A stretch of DNA of 64,000 bases from a virus: positions 1-64,000 of the IMG/VR virus record IMGVR_UViG_3300045988_173642, one strand, 5' to 3'. Of the stretch, positions 1 through 9,801 are shown piece by piece. Under the pieces are notes generated by a model. It saw nothing but the letters and a program-made list of their open reading frames with translations, was not told where the DNA came from and ran no database searches. Within the stretch, counting starts at the first letter, position 1, and each line of letters opens with the position of its first letter. A program made the position numbers and the translations under genes.

Positions 1-43
1 ATATTTTTTGATGCTTATTTTTCTGGAAATTATCATGCGTTTC

Positions 44-772
44 CTATGCAAAACGGAAGGGGAAACGCATGGGGAAAACAGGTAACGTGAGTTTGCCACT
101 GCTTTCAAACTCTCCAATCAGTTGTGTGCGGAGATAAATACGCCAGCATTTCATCTTTGCTTTGTCGGTTTCATCTCGGGCCACGAAATACGTCTGAAAG
201 AGCTTTGGCGAAATGGCTCTGTATTCCTCCATTGTGATGAGTTTGCCCGCCAAACCATCAACGCGCAGACCAAGCGACGCAATGGCTGCCTGTTGGTTTT
301 GCCAAATCTCCCGTAATTCCGCATCGGCCTCCTGGCGTTCCTTCGTCTCCTGCTTTTGATAAGCCTCGCAAGTCGTTGCTTTCTCTTCCAAACGCTTAAC
401 GTCTGAGGCCAAGGCCGCGTCAGCCGCCATGCGTTCCGCCCGTTCCGTTGTTAAATCGTTGTCAGGACTGCGATCAACATCATTAAGCCAAAATTGGTTG
501 CAACGCCAAATTTGGTTTGTCTCGCGAATGAGGATTTCAGAGTAATAAGGTATGTCTGGTTCGCCTTCACTGATAGGCGCATCCGATGCAAACGAGCCCT
601 TGCGATAAGTCGTGTTACGCGGGTCGGCCCCAACCTTATACTGATAAACGTCCTCCAGTTTGTTGAAAATGAAAGTTTTCTTGTTAATCATTTGTTCGTG
701 TTTGTTTAATGCCAAAGTTACGTGATAAATGCAACCGCATACGGACAAACAAAAAAGTCTGAAACGCTTCAT
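44..772 (-). CDS. hypothetical virion-module protein with central coiled-coil segment
   Basis: 242-aa ORF at the end of a same-strand string of large structural-type ORFs. It has an Ala/Glu/Gln-rich helical centre. The start is uncertain (772 or the ATG at 691). Confidence 0.5.
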   Translation of the reverse strand: MKRFRLFCLSVCGCIYHVTLALNKHEQMINKKTFIFNKLEDVYQYKVGADPRNTTYRKGSFASDAPISEGEPDIPYYSEILIRETNQIWRCNQFWLNDVDRSPDNDLTTERAERMAADAALASDVKRLEEKATTCEAYQKQETKERQEADAELREIWQNQQAAIASLGLRVDGLAGKLITMEEYRAISPKLFQTYFVARDETDKAKMKCWRIYLRTQLIGEFESSGKLTLPVFPMRFPFRFA

Positions 773-814
773 TGTGGTGTTTCAGACCTTTTAGAATATG
801 ATGAAAAAAAGTCT

Positions 815-1861
815 TCAGACAACGGGGAACGGATTGCCATTGATGCCCAATTCAGCTTTAAATGTGAGCGTGTACACATCATCCGTTGTTCGGTCAACGA
901 TGACCACTTCGTCTTCCTCTCCGGAGGTTAAATTACAAGGCAACCACACACCGCCACTAAACATCCATACGTGCTCCGCCATTAGGAACTCATGCAGATA
1001 CCAGCGCATCCATTCTTCATTAAGCGGGTCGGTCATAAACGTCCATTTTTCTGGATTCTTCTCTTTGCGAACGACAGAACGAGAAAAGCGGTTGAAGGTC
1101 TCGCGGCGTGTAACCACAAACGAATTTGTGGTTGTTGGCATGGTCTGCTTGTAGGGACACGGGACGCTCACGCTTTCCATTACGCCGAATGAGTTGATGA
1201 AACGAAACACCACGCGGTTTCTGGCATCTTCAGCAGGCATGGCATACACTTCAATGCCACCAATCGTTTGCAAGCCTTCGTTAACGATGTCAGCCACGAC
1301 AGACACGGGATTGGTGAGCGTGTCGCTCTCGGTCAGCAACTGCGGTGTGTCATAGGGCTTGGCGTAAACCAACTGCTCGCCAACGGTGGCCAATTGCTGC
1401 CCAATGGTCGGTTTGCACGACAAGCGCTGAACGGCCTTTGTTCCAGTAGATAGCCAACGCTCCATGTCGCTTAATTCGCCAAAAATGGTTGAAGCATAAG
1501 TGTCGGCAGAAGGATAATAGATAGGAGAGGACGTATGCACAACGCCTTCCGTCATATATTCGTCATACACTTTTAAGCGGAATTTCGCCACGGGAAACTC
1601 CGTGTCTTCCGGAGAATATTCGTGGGCATCACGCAACGCTTTGAACACCGATTGCGTGTTGAACTCCACCGCCTTGCCTTCAGCCAAGACAGGCTCATAC
1701 ATACGAAACGTTTCAGGGGCAACACCGCTCATGCCCACCTCCATGTCGATGACCACGCGATGGAAAGAGGGCAGTCCAGCCACAACGGTTGGTGAGATTT
1801 CAAATGTAATGGGGCTACCATTAAGCACGGAGCCGGAAGTCAGAGAAATTTTATTTGCCAT
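815..1861 (-). CDS. hypothetical tail/baseplate-module protein
   Basis: 348-aa ORF packed 32 nt downstream of the 930-aa ORF on the same strand. No recognisable motif. Confidence 0.55.
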   Translation of the reverse strand: MANKISLTSGSVLNGSPITFEISPTVVAGLPSFHRVVIDMEVGMSGVAPETFRMYEPVLAEGKAVEFNTQSVFKALRDAHEYSPEDTEFPVAKFRLKVYDEYMTEGVVHTSSPIYYPSADTYASTIFGELSDMERWLSTGTKAVQRLSCKPTIGQQLATVGEQLVYAKPYDTPQLLTESDTLTNPVSVVADIVNEGLQTIGGIEVYAMPAEDARNRVVFRFINSFGVMESVSVPCPYKQTMPTTTNSFVVTRRETFNRFSRSVVRKEKNPEKWTFMTDPLNEEWMRWYLHEFLMAEHVWMFSGGVWLPCNLTSGEEDEVVIVDRTTDDVYTLTFKAELGINGNPFPVV

Positions 1862-1892
1862 AGATTCTATTTATTATAAGGAGGTGAAATGT

Positions 1893-4685
1893 TCACAACG
1901 CATACACTTCTAATTCAACCTCACCGATGCCTTCCTGCACGGAGATGGAAGTATTAACCTTGTTGATAAGACATTTTCGGCCATCGATGTTCCACCATTC
2001 CTTCCAATGGTTTTTGATGTCGGCCACTTGTGCCACAGATGCCAGCACCTTCACGTAGAACGTCTTCCGATTAAGCAAGAAATAAACATAGTCAATCAAA
2101 AAAGTATCTACCCATCCTCTATTTTTTACAAAGGGGTCGGAGATGATTAACGGCGCGTCGGCCCATTCAGGCTGCACCCAGGCACGCGGTTTGAGCGAGA
2201 AACTATCGGCATTAGCAACGCCATACACATTGCCGTAGCAATCGATGGAATCCGTTGTCAAGGCATACTTCCCTGCCGTTGTTCGCCATTTGCTGTTGCC
2301 GAAGCCATCGTAATCTGGGTCGTAAACCTCGTGCGTGGCGCCTGCGCCGCCGCCCCTCATGATGGCAACGGACAGTCCCCAATCATGGCTTTGCAGCGGA
2401 GAATTGCCATCGTCGGTAGACGAAGGAGAATAGCTCTCACGAAGCGAAAGCACTTCCGTCACATAGAAGTCTGCCACGGGCGAAGAAATGGAAGTCTTGA
2501 TGTTCTGCACGATAAATTCATGTTCCATCTTGTCTTCGATGGAGGCCACCATGATGTTCTCGGCATATTGACTGTTGATGCCTTGAAGTTCCAAGCCTTC
2601 GTACACCTTTCCCGTCTCCGTCGGCTGCTTCGGATTATCCGACACACAAGTGCTATCGAAGTTAGCAGAGCGAGCCTTGCGGTAGTTGGCATCCACCATC
2701 GGAATGGGCACAAAACTTGATTTCATCTCGTGGATATACTCTTCATTTTCATCTGAGCAATCGCCAAACTCCACGCCCTTAAACGCCCCAACTTCAAACA
2801 AACGCGGTTCCATATTGCTAACGTCGGTGTATTGCGAATCAATCTTGACGCGGTATTTATTGCCCGTCTGCTTATCAATGAAAAGCGTGTCGAGCGTGTT
2901 GCTGATTTTCGGCAAGATTTCGCGGTAGGTGAAAGCCGTGGAAGTTTTCTCTTTATTATAGTCTATATAGTCATAGTCCGTGTTATAGTCCTTGACTTTG
3001 TTCTTCACGTTGTCGCGTTGTTCCTTTGCATCGCTCTCTGCGGAATATCCGACCTTGACCCCGGTGATTTTTTCCGTTATCGGTGTGAACGAAAGCACTT
3101 GTCCAAAGAATCGGCGCGGCTGTGGATTTTGCTTGCGAAAGACATCGCGGATGAGATAGGCCGTCACCTTCTTTTGCTCATAGTCGTAGTTGAACTTGAT
3201 GCCAAATTGCTGTTCCAACGACTCAATCACGTCGCTCACCGTCTCGTTGGGGAAGTTCTCGCCGTTGGCATACATTCGGAAAATGCTGGCGCTCATTTCG
3301 GCTCCCGTGATGGTGCTGCGGCAGGTGATGCTGACCACGTCATCTTCTCCAACAACGCGCTGTTCCCAGTCTCCCAATACCTTGACCACCTCCGTCTTCT
3401 TCGTCGTTCCACCCATGAAGTTTTTCTGTTCCTTCTCAACTATCTTATATTGCACGCTGCGGAAACGCACCTGTTGCACGCTCTTGTTCTTTGGGTTTTC
3501 CAACTTCAGATTGCCGCCACATCCGCGAGAATCCAACCAGGCATTCACGTCGTTGAAGAGGTCTTTAACTTCCGATTCGTTGTTGGCTGTCTTCGTGAAA
3601 TAGCCCAACTTCACATCGCCTTTTTTCTTTAATCCGGTGATGACCTCTTTATCTGTTTCATCATAATAGGTCTTGGCATACAAGGGTACAACGTCATAGG
3701 CACATTTCGTCGTGAAGAAACAAAGGCGGTTGAAATCATAGACTTCCGTCAGAGCGTCCTTGTCAAACTGCACGCCAAGGTGTTCGAAGAGACAGTCGAG
3801 GAAAAAAAGCAAATAGAAGCAAATTCCAGACTGCGGCCTGTCGGCATCCAACACCCACAATGGGCCCATGTCTTCATACATCTTGTCGGGGGCTGTTTCC
3901 TGCGCATATTCAACGATTTTACTCGACGTGTTGCCGTCTTCGCCGATGTCGTAATGAGCATAACAGATGCGGGCGTTGCAATAGGGCTTCGTTGGGTAAG
4001 GCTCAGAAACGTTGATGTATGATTCCGTCACCTCCGGAATGACCACCGACTTGCTATTTGGATAATAGCGCGTTTCCTTTTCCACGGCCTTGTGTCCCCA
4101 GGCGCCATCTTCCTTGCAAGCCGCAGGATAGGAGAATCCAAGCGCCTGTGGCGAAAACGTGATGCTATCCTCGCGATCATCACCAACGGAACCATAAACC
4201 TTATTGCCCTTTTTGCCTGCGAATTTGATTTCAACCGTTGTTGAATATTTGACCCTGACATTCACTTCGTCAATCTTCTCGCCAATCAAGAGTCGGTCGC
4301 GATGGCGCGAAGGGATGGGAACTTCGTTACATTTCAAGTCGCCTATGAGGTCGGAGAAAGAGCGGGTGGCTGCATCCACGTTGAGCGAGAGCGAATCGTC
4401 CGCGCGTTCCCCGTCCTGCACAACAGCCGTTCCAGAAGCGAGCGTGATGCCGTCGGCAACAATCTGCATATTGGTATGTTCCAGGTCAACGGGGCGAATG
4501 GCAGCGCTCGGGTCGTCAAGATTTTTGAGGAAATGGCGGTTGCCTTCAAACGGCAGGTCGACTGGGTAGGAAAACATCTCGTCGTCGTTGAAGAGCGGGT
4601 TACGCAGTTCAACGCTGACGGAAAAATCGCTACCCAGCGTCATCGGTTTGCCGTTAGCCAAGATAGAGAGTTTGCTGTTGCTCAT
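1893..4685 (-). CDS. large tail/baseplate structural protein (930 aa)
   Basis: Uninterrupted 930-aa ORF. Its size and its position among tightly packed same-strand ORFs are typical of tail tip or baseplate proteins. No catalytic motif recognised. Confidence 0.6.
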   Translation of the reverse strand: MSNSKLSILANGKPMTLGSDFSVSVELRNPLFNDDEMFSYPVDLPFEGNRHFLKNLDDPSAAIRPVDLEHTNMQIVADGITLASGTAVVQDGERADDSLSLNVDAATRSFSDLIGDLKCNEVPIPSRHRDRLLIGEKIDEVNVRVKYSTTVEIKFAGKKGNKVYGSVGDDREDSITFSPQALGFSYPAACKEDGAWGHKAVEKETRYYPNSKSVVIPEVTESYINVSEPYPTKPYCNARICYAHYDIGEDGNTSSKIVEYAQETAPDKMYEDMGPLWVLDADRPQSGICFYLLFFLDCLFEHLGVQFDKDALTEVYDFNRLCFFTTKCAYDVVPLYAKTYYDETDKEVITGLKKKGDVKLGYFTKTANNESEVKDLFNDVNAWLDSRGCGGNLKLENPKNKSVQQVRFRSVQYKIVEKEQKNFMGGTTKKTEVVKVLGDWEQRVVGEDDVVSITCRSTITGAEMSASIFRMYANGENFPNETVSDVIESLEQQFGIKFNYDYEQKKVTAYLIRDVFRKQNPQPRRFFGQVLSFTPITEKITGVKVGYSAESDAKEQRDNVKNKVKDYNTDYDYIDYNKEKTSTAFTYREILPKISNTLDTLFIDKQTGNKYRVKIDSQYTDVSNMEPRLFEVGAFKGVEFGDCSDENEEYIHEMKSSFVPIPMVDANYRKARSANFDSTCVSDNPKQPTETGKVYEGLELQGINSQYAENIMVASIEDKMEHEFIVQNIKTSISSPVADFYVTEVLSLRESYSPSSTDDGNSPLQSHDWGLSVAIMRGGGAGATHEVYDPDYDGFGNSKWRTTAGKYALTTDSIDCYGNVYGVANADSFSLKPRAWVQPEWADAPLIISDPFVKNRGWVDTFLIDYVYFLLNRKTFYVKVLASVAQVADIKNHWKEWWNIDGRKCLINKVNTSISVQEGIGEVELEVYAL

Positions 4686-4691
4686 GGTGGT

Positions 4692-5363
4692 TTAAATGTT
4701 TTGGGGGGAAATGAATTGCGCCTCGCCATGCAGCGTGACGTTGCGATCGCGATCGGCATAGACAACGGTCTTGCCATAGGCTTCAATCTTCTTAAACGAA
4801 AAGGCCGTAATCTGTCCACCGTGTGCCTCGCAAATCGCTTGGTCATACAAACAGGCATTCGCCTGAGTCACCAACCTGGCATTGTCATAAACCTGCGTGA
4901 AGCCCTTGCTAACATATCCGTAAGCATCGTCGTGGAGATGAATGAAGGCATGACTGACTTTGGAGTACACTTGGCTATGGTCTTTTGCCCGCACCAATGC
5001 TCGGCCCAAGACATAGGCTTTCGCATGGCCGTGGATGTTGATAATATTGCCTTTTTCCACGTCTTGCGTCGTCACGATGACCACCACAAATTCCTGCGCG
5101 TTTTCCGGACACTCGTTGACATAGACCCCTGCTTGGTTCATCTCCTCCTTGATGGATGGATAGATTTCCGGCAGGCGGCGGTTGATGATTTTGACATATT
5201 TGCTTTCCACCACGTCTTCCAGATATTTTCGCCAAACGGCCATCATCTGCCCAACGTTTTCTGCGGCCATCATATCCTTGTAACCCTCTTTGCATGCTTG
5301 CCGTTCATGGCAAGCGGCGGTGCATATCTCCTTCAGTTTTTCGTAAGCTTGTTCTTTTTCCAT
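4692..5363 (-). CDS. hypothetical protein
   Basis: 223-aa ORF lying 7 nt upstream of the 930-aa ORF start, on the same strand. Confidence 0.55.
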   Translation of the reverse strand: MEKEQAYEKLKEICTAACHERQACKEGYKDMMAAENVGQMMAVWRKYLEDVVESKYVKIINRRLPEIYPSIKEEMNQAGVYVNECPENAQEFVVVIVTTQDVEKGNIINIHGHAKAYVLGRALVRAKDHSQVYSKVSHAFIHLHDDAYGYVSKGFTQVYDNARLVTQANACLYDQAICEAHGGQITAFSFKKIEAYGKTVVYADRDRNVTLHGEAQFISPQNI

Positions 5364-5396
5364 ACCACATGCGTATTTAAATGGATTGAAAACAGT

Positions 5397-6473
5397 TTAG
5401 ACGCGCAAATCCTCAATCGTTTTGCTCAAGACGGCTTCATAAGCTGCCAATTCTTCGTCTGAAATGATGTCGGAAAATTCTTGGCGCAGGCGGTCAATGC
5501 GAGCCTTCAGACCATTCACGCGAACCTTTGTTGCCGGTTTATCCTTGCGAAGGATATATTTAATGAGTGCATCTGCTTTTTCCTTATGCTTGGCGGCTGC
5601 ATCGCGTGCGGCTTTCACCTCTGGGCGGTCGTCAGCAATCTTCTTGGCCACCATGTCGGCAAACAAAGGATTGCGGCTTTGCGCCTTCTCATAAAACGGC
5701 TTAAATTGCGTGCGAAGGTCTTGCGGCGCGATGTTGAAGGTCTTCTCAACATACGCGATGTATTCAGGGTCGCCCGTGCGGCGGCTCAACCGCAGATAAA
5801 CCTCTCCCATCTCTTCATCCACGGCTGCATAAATGACTGGCAGGATGTGGCTTTCAATTTCCACGGCGCGTGTGGCCAGAGCGGCAATCTCTTCTTCCGT
5901 GTAGAGCGCGGATGCCCCTTGGCTGATGGCCTTCTCGTTGGCTTCGGCCATAGTCTTGGCCTGCTCCGCATTGGCAGCCATTTCGTTGCGGAGTTCGCGC
6001 ACCGTGTTGACGCGCTCTTGCAGACCAGTTGAGAGGAAGGGGCGCAACTGCATGAGATTGGGCATGGTGGCCGCAATGCTCTCGCCGTTGGGGTTGGCCA
6101 CGATGCCATTGTGCGTGAGCGGTTGGATGGCGACGTTTGGCTTCAAATCTGGGAAGAGACTGCGTCGTGCTTCCTCCAGCGCCTTCTCCTTCTTGGCCTG
6201 CGCATAGGCCGCCTGCTCTTCGCGCGTTGGTCGGCCAACGTGACGCTTGGCGGGCGTTGCGACGGTGGTTTGCAGGGTTTGCAGATAGGTGAGGAGTTGG
6301 CGCACACGGCGATGATAGTCGCGGAAACGCCGGCTTTCGCGAACGAAGGATACCGCACTCGGTGTTTGTTCCAGTGCGGTCAATCCCTGCTCAAACGCCT
6401 CGCGCTGCTCTGTGGTGAGCATGCGTGAGGCGATGGCGGGTGTCAAAGTCTGAATGATGTTTTCGATTTCCAT
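5397..6473 (-). CDS. hypothetical helical protein
   Basis: ORF track gives 5397..6707. I trimmed it to the ATG at 6473 (MEIENIIQ...) because the upstream 78 codons are Pro/Arg-rich and overlap the 3' end of the next gene (stop at 6490). Confidence 0.55.
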   Translation of the reverse strand: MEIENIIQTLTPAIASRMLTTEQREAFEQGLTALEQTPSAVSFVRESRRFRDYHRRVRQLLTYLQTLQTTVATPAKRHVGRPTREEQAAYAQAKKEKALEEARRSLFPDLKPNVAIQPLTHNGIVANPNGESIAATMPNLMQLRPFLSTGLQERVNTVRELRNEMAANAEQAKTMAEANEKAISQGASALYTEEEIAALATRAVEIESHILPVIYAAVDEEMGEVYLRLSRRTGDPEYIAYVEKTFNIAPQDLRTQFKPFYEKAQSRNPLFADMVAKKIADDRPEVKAARDAAAKHKEKADALIKYILRKDKPATKVRVNGLKARIDRLRQEFSDIISDEELAAYEAVLSKTIEDLRV

Positions 6474-6489
6474 GTCTATTCCTTTTAGA

Positions 6490-7470
6490 TTAATACAACA
6501 GCGGCGAGACGAAAATCTTCGAGCCGGGCTGATTGTTCTCATAGCCCTTTGACGTGTCGGCGGTGGTGGAGGCATTGTCGGCAGCCGGCGGTGGCGTGGC
6601 GGCATCTTCGCGTTTGCTCTCTTCTTCACGCCGTCGCAGAAGGCGCGTGATGCTCTCGCGCAAGAGCACAGAATCATTGTGTGCCGTTTGTCGTTGCTGT
6701 TTGTCAAAGGCCAGCACGGCGGTGCGCTCCGTGAGGAAGGCGGCGGCCAGTTTGCGCAATTTGTCGAGTAGGATGTTTTCCCTTGTGTCGTTCTTCAAGG
6801 TCTCTTCCAAAAGGTCCGGGCCAACAAATTCTGCCAAATATTCCTCTTGGATGAAGCGGATGTCGGGAATGAGGTTGATGAACTTATAGCGGTTGTCGAA
6901 GTGGTGGAGATATTGCGAAAGAACGTCGTGAGAGGGGAAAATCAGTCCGCCACAGAAGTAATAGTATTTCGACTGCTTCCAAAGCTCCACGATTTCCAAT
7001 GTGCTCTCTTCGGTGGTTTCCATTTTGGCCCATCCCTCCAACATGCGGAGCAAGATGTTGGTGTCGCGCATGGCGTCGGCCTTGTAGCTCTGTGCCGCCT
7101 TGTCAACCTGCTTGTCGGAAGCTGCGTCATAGTCATTGCTTGAAGCGACGTTCACGCCCATGCCGTTGACCGACAATAGCTGTTTAGGGATGTTGCGTGC
7201 TTCGGCATCGGCGGCCACGATGCGCTGCGAACAAAGCAGAAGCATCTTCCACGGGTCTTTGGCATATTCGCCGCTCGTGAAGTCGTCGTAGAGTTCATCC
7301 GACGAGAGCGTTTTATAATATTCACAGAGGCGGGCATAGAGCGCATCGCCGAGTTTATCCTTTAAAACGTCTTGTTCGCTACTGTCAATCTGCGCTTGAA
7401 ACGAGGTGAAATCATCGAAGGCGCAGCTGGGGACGTAAAGACGAAATTCTTTTAGGGTTGAAATGATCAT
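6490..7470 (-). CDS. hypothetical protein
   Basis: ORF track gives 6490..7509. The ATG at 7470 (MIISTLKEF...) avoids overlap with the upstream gene, which ends at 7493. Confidence 0.55.
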   Translation of the reverse strand: MIISTLKEFRLYVPSCAFDDFTSFQAQIDSSEQDVLKDKLGDALYARLCEYYKTLSSDELYDDFTSGEYAKDPWKMLLLCSQRIVAADAEARNIPKQLLSVNGMGVNVASSNDYDAASDKQVDKAAQSYKADAMRDTNILLRMLEGWAKMETTEESTLEIVELWKQSKYYYFCGGLIFPSHDVLSQYLHHFDNRYKFINLIPDIRFIQEEYLAEFVGPDLLEETLKNDTRENILLDKLRKLAAAFLTERTAVLAFDKQQRQTAHNDSVLLRESITRLLRRREEESKREDAATPPPAADNASTTADTSKGYENNQPGSKIFVSPLLY

Positions 7471-7492
7471 GTTGTTGTATGTTGAATGGTGA

Positions 7493-7840
7493 TTATTCGG
7501 TGAAGCCAAATTGCCTTTTGAGGAAGTCGTTGCCTTTGATGAAGGATTCCATTTCTTCTTCGGTGTGGCGTCCTTCCCAAAACAAATCGGTGTGGGAGTT
7601 CAAACGATGATCGTCAACCGACATTGGAATGGAGTAGACGGTGTAAATCAAGCCGTAATGTCGAACGTATCGCGTGTGCTTGTCTGGCTCCCGATAGAGT
7701 TTGTCAATCCAATAATCGTTGTCGCATTCACAGAATCGGTTGTACTCTTCATGCGACAAGTCGGCATCAATGCCGATGGCCGTATGGCCTGAACTTCGGT
7801 TCGTGCCGAAATAAATGATTTTTGCTTTGTTTTTTGGCAT
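7493..7840 (-). CDS. hypothetical protein
   Basis: 115-aa ORF lying 13 nt downstream of the 587-aa ORF. Confidence 0.5.
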   Translation of the reverse strand: MPKNKAKIIYFGTNRSSGHTAIGIDADLSHEEYNRFCECDNDYWIDKLYREPDKHTRYVRHYGLIYTVYSIPMSVDDHRLNSHTDLFWEGRHTEEEMESFIKGNDFLKRQFGFTE

Positions 7841-7852
7841 GAGATGTATGGT

Positions 7853-9616
7853 TTATTCCTGCTTTGTCACCCCCGTTTTTGAATTATCCAGTGTTGTGAG
7901 CACTTCGCGGTCAATCTGCCAAACGAGGTGAGCGTCCCACTTGTTGACCCTCGTTATCACTTCCAAGGGGCGGAGCATGAGTTGCTGCAACGGGGCAAAC
8001 TGAATCTGCTTTACAAGGAAACGCTCGCGGAGGTCGGTGCCGCCCGATGAAGAAGCGTCGCCGGGGGTGTTTCCGATGAGCTTTGAATCAAGGCCCATAG
8101 CAAAGAAGATGATGGAAGAAATCTCCTGAAGTTCGGTCTTTTCGGCTTGCGCCTGCGAGTTGGCTTTGCTTTCAATCTCCACGATTTCCCACGCCTTATG
8201 CTCTTTGCCGTCTAAGCCCGTGAACACGGCAGAGATGAGCGCCTGACCTGCATTGTCGGGGTTGGAGAGCCACGTGTTGATGTCGGAGAATACCTCTTGC
8301 TGAATTTGCGCCATCGTCTTGTTTTTGTTCTCACCCTGCTGCGTGTAGAGCTGTTTGAGATATTCTTGATGAATGTAGATGACGCGGCCGATGATGTTGG
8401 AGTTTCGCTTGCGGGTCAAACGGTCGTCAACGATGGTGAAGGCATATTCAAAGATGCTTCCTGCAAAGATGGAGTGCCAGAGGGCATCGGCATAGTAGGG
8501 GCCACCGAAATCGCGTGGCGACATGATGAAGCGCGTTGGGCGGTTCTTGCGGCTCACGCGCTGCTGCCGGGCTTCACGCACACGGCGGTCGAGGTCTTTC
8601 ACGGCCGTGTCGGCGGCGAGATAGGGCACGGCGGCGATGCGCAAATCCTCTGGCTTCAGCGTTGTTTGAAGCAATGAGGAGTCGAGCCATTGGTTGGAGG
8701 TGTAGGCATAGTTGATGCGATATTGGTCGTCCATGCGTTCCAGGCGAGTGGTGAAGATGCTGCGGTGTTTCAGTCCGATGACCTTCGGGTCCCATTGCGA
8801 CGTTGGTACGGAATGGCCTTCTGCATCCAGTTGGCGCTGATTAAGTTGAATTTCGCAGAAGCATTGCGACATGAGGGCCATGTCGCCTGCCATGTCGAGA
8901 TAAGTTTGATGCAGATCGTTGTTGTCGATGAACGTTTGCAGTTCATTGTTCGTACGTTCCCATTCAGCGAGGTCGGCTTTGAGCGCCTTCATATCTTCGC
9001 TCTCTTCGTGTGTTTGATTGTTGCTGAGAAGTTCTGAGACGGGATTCTCTGCGGCCGAACCGCTGGCTCCCGAATTTTGTTTCGCTTCACGTTCCTTCGC
9101 TTTGAGGTCGGCAATCTGCCCTCTTAGCAACGTTCCGGCTGAGGAAAAAGGGATGAACTTCTCCGTGATGTTGCCGCCGACGTATTGCGTGTAATGGTAT
9201 TTAGGCGATGGGCCGCGTCCAACGAGAATCTTCTTGACAAACTCAACGCCGGCGGCCGTGAATGGCGACATCTTGGAAAGGATGTAAATGATGTTGGGCA
9301 AGCGGTTGCCAAGGCCCCATTCCATAAACCCGAGGCCTGGTGTGCCAACATGCTCGGGCTTTGCCGTGTTCTCCCCACCACTGGAGGCGAAGACGGCGGC
9401 GATTTCGCGGCGTGCGTTGCCGGTGCCGGTGGATGTGGAGAGCATGGAATGGGCATATTCAGCCCAAGAGAACGTTTGACTGCCATCGGCGTTTGGCCGA
9501 GAAAAAGCAGCGGGGCGCACGGCCTCATATCCTTGCGCCTTGAGCGCTTCGCTGCGCTGCTGGAGTTCGTTGATGTTAGATACGGTATTCATCGCGTTTG
9601 ATGTCTGTGTTGTCAA
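7853..9616 (-). CDS. putative portal protein
   Basis: 587-aa ORF with portal-like size in the virion module. The assignment rests on size and context only; no diagnostic motif was recognised. Confidence 0.4.
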   Translation of the reverse strand: MTTQTSNAMNTVSNINELQQRSEALKAQGYEAVRPAAFSRPNADGSQTFSWAEYAHSMLSTSTGTGNARREIAAVFASSGGENTAKPEHVGTPGLGFMEWGLGNRLPNIIYILSKMSPFTAAGVEFVKKILVGRGPSPKYHYTQYVGGNITEKFIPFSSAGTLLRGQIADLKAKEREAKQNSGASGSAAENPVSELLSNNQTHEESEDMKALKADLAEWERTNNELQTFIDNNDLHQTYLDMAGDMALMSQCFCEIQLNQRQLDAEGHSVPTSQWDPKVIGLKHRSIFTTRLERMDDQYRINYAYTSNQWLDSSLLQTTLKPEDLRIAAVPYLAADTAVKDLDRRVREARQQRVSRKNRPTRFIMSPRDFGGPYYADALWHSIFAGSIFEYAFTIVDDRLTRKRNSNIIGRVIYIHQEYLKQLYTQQGENKNKTMAQIQQEVFSDINTWLSNPDNAGQALISAVFTGLDGKEHKAWEIVEIESKANSQAQAEKTELQEISSIIFFAMGLDSKLIGNTPGDASSSGGTDLRERFLVKQIQFAPLQQLMLRPLEVITRVNKWDAHLVWQIDREVLTTLDNSKTGVTKQE

Positions 9617-9698
9617 TTGGGGCTTTGCGTTTCTTCCCCCTTGAATGTCAACGGCAAAGATACGGCAGGGGATTTTTTTAGGGCGGACATAAAAAAGA

Positions 9699-9769
9699 GA
9701 CAGACCGAACGCCGTCTCCTCATTTTCCCCGAATTATAAACGGGGAAAAAGGGGAACGTCCGGTCTGTC
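9699..9769. promoter_or_regulatory. nested inverted repeats between the accessory module and the portal gene
   Basis: Outer arms are gacagaccg (9699-9707) and cggtctgtc (9761-9769). They enclose a perfect hairpin, ttttccccg (9723-9731) / cggggaaaa (9741-9749). Confidence 0.4.
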
Positions 9770-9801
9770 GAGTGAAACAACAACAAGAAAAAAAATTATG
9801 G

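Noticed and set aside
4302-5462. Long antisense ORFs opposite the large genes: 4302..5462, 2832..3632, 30913..31788, 57388..58071, 59521..60138, 43342..43872 and 33913..34485, among others.
   Set aside because: Each lies entirely within a longer, motif-bearing or better-packed ORF on the other strand and has an Arg/Leu/His-rich shadow composition.
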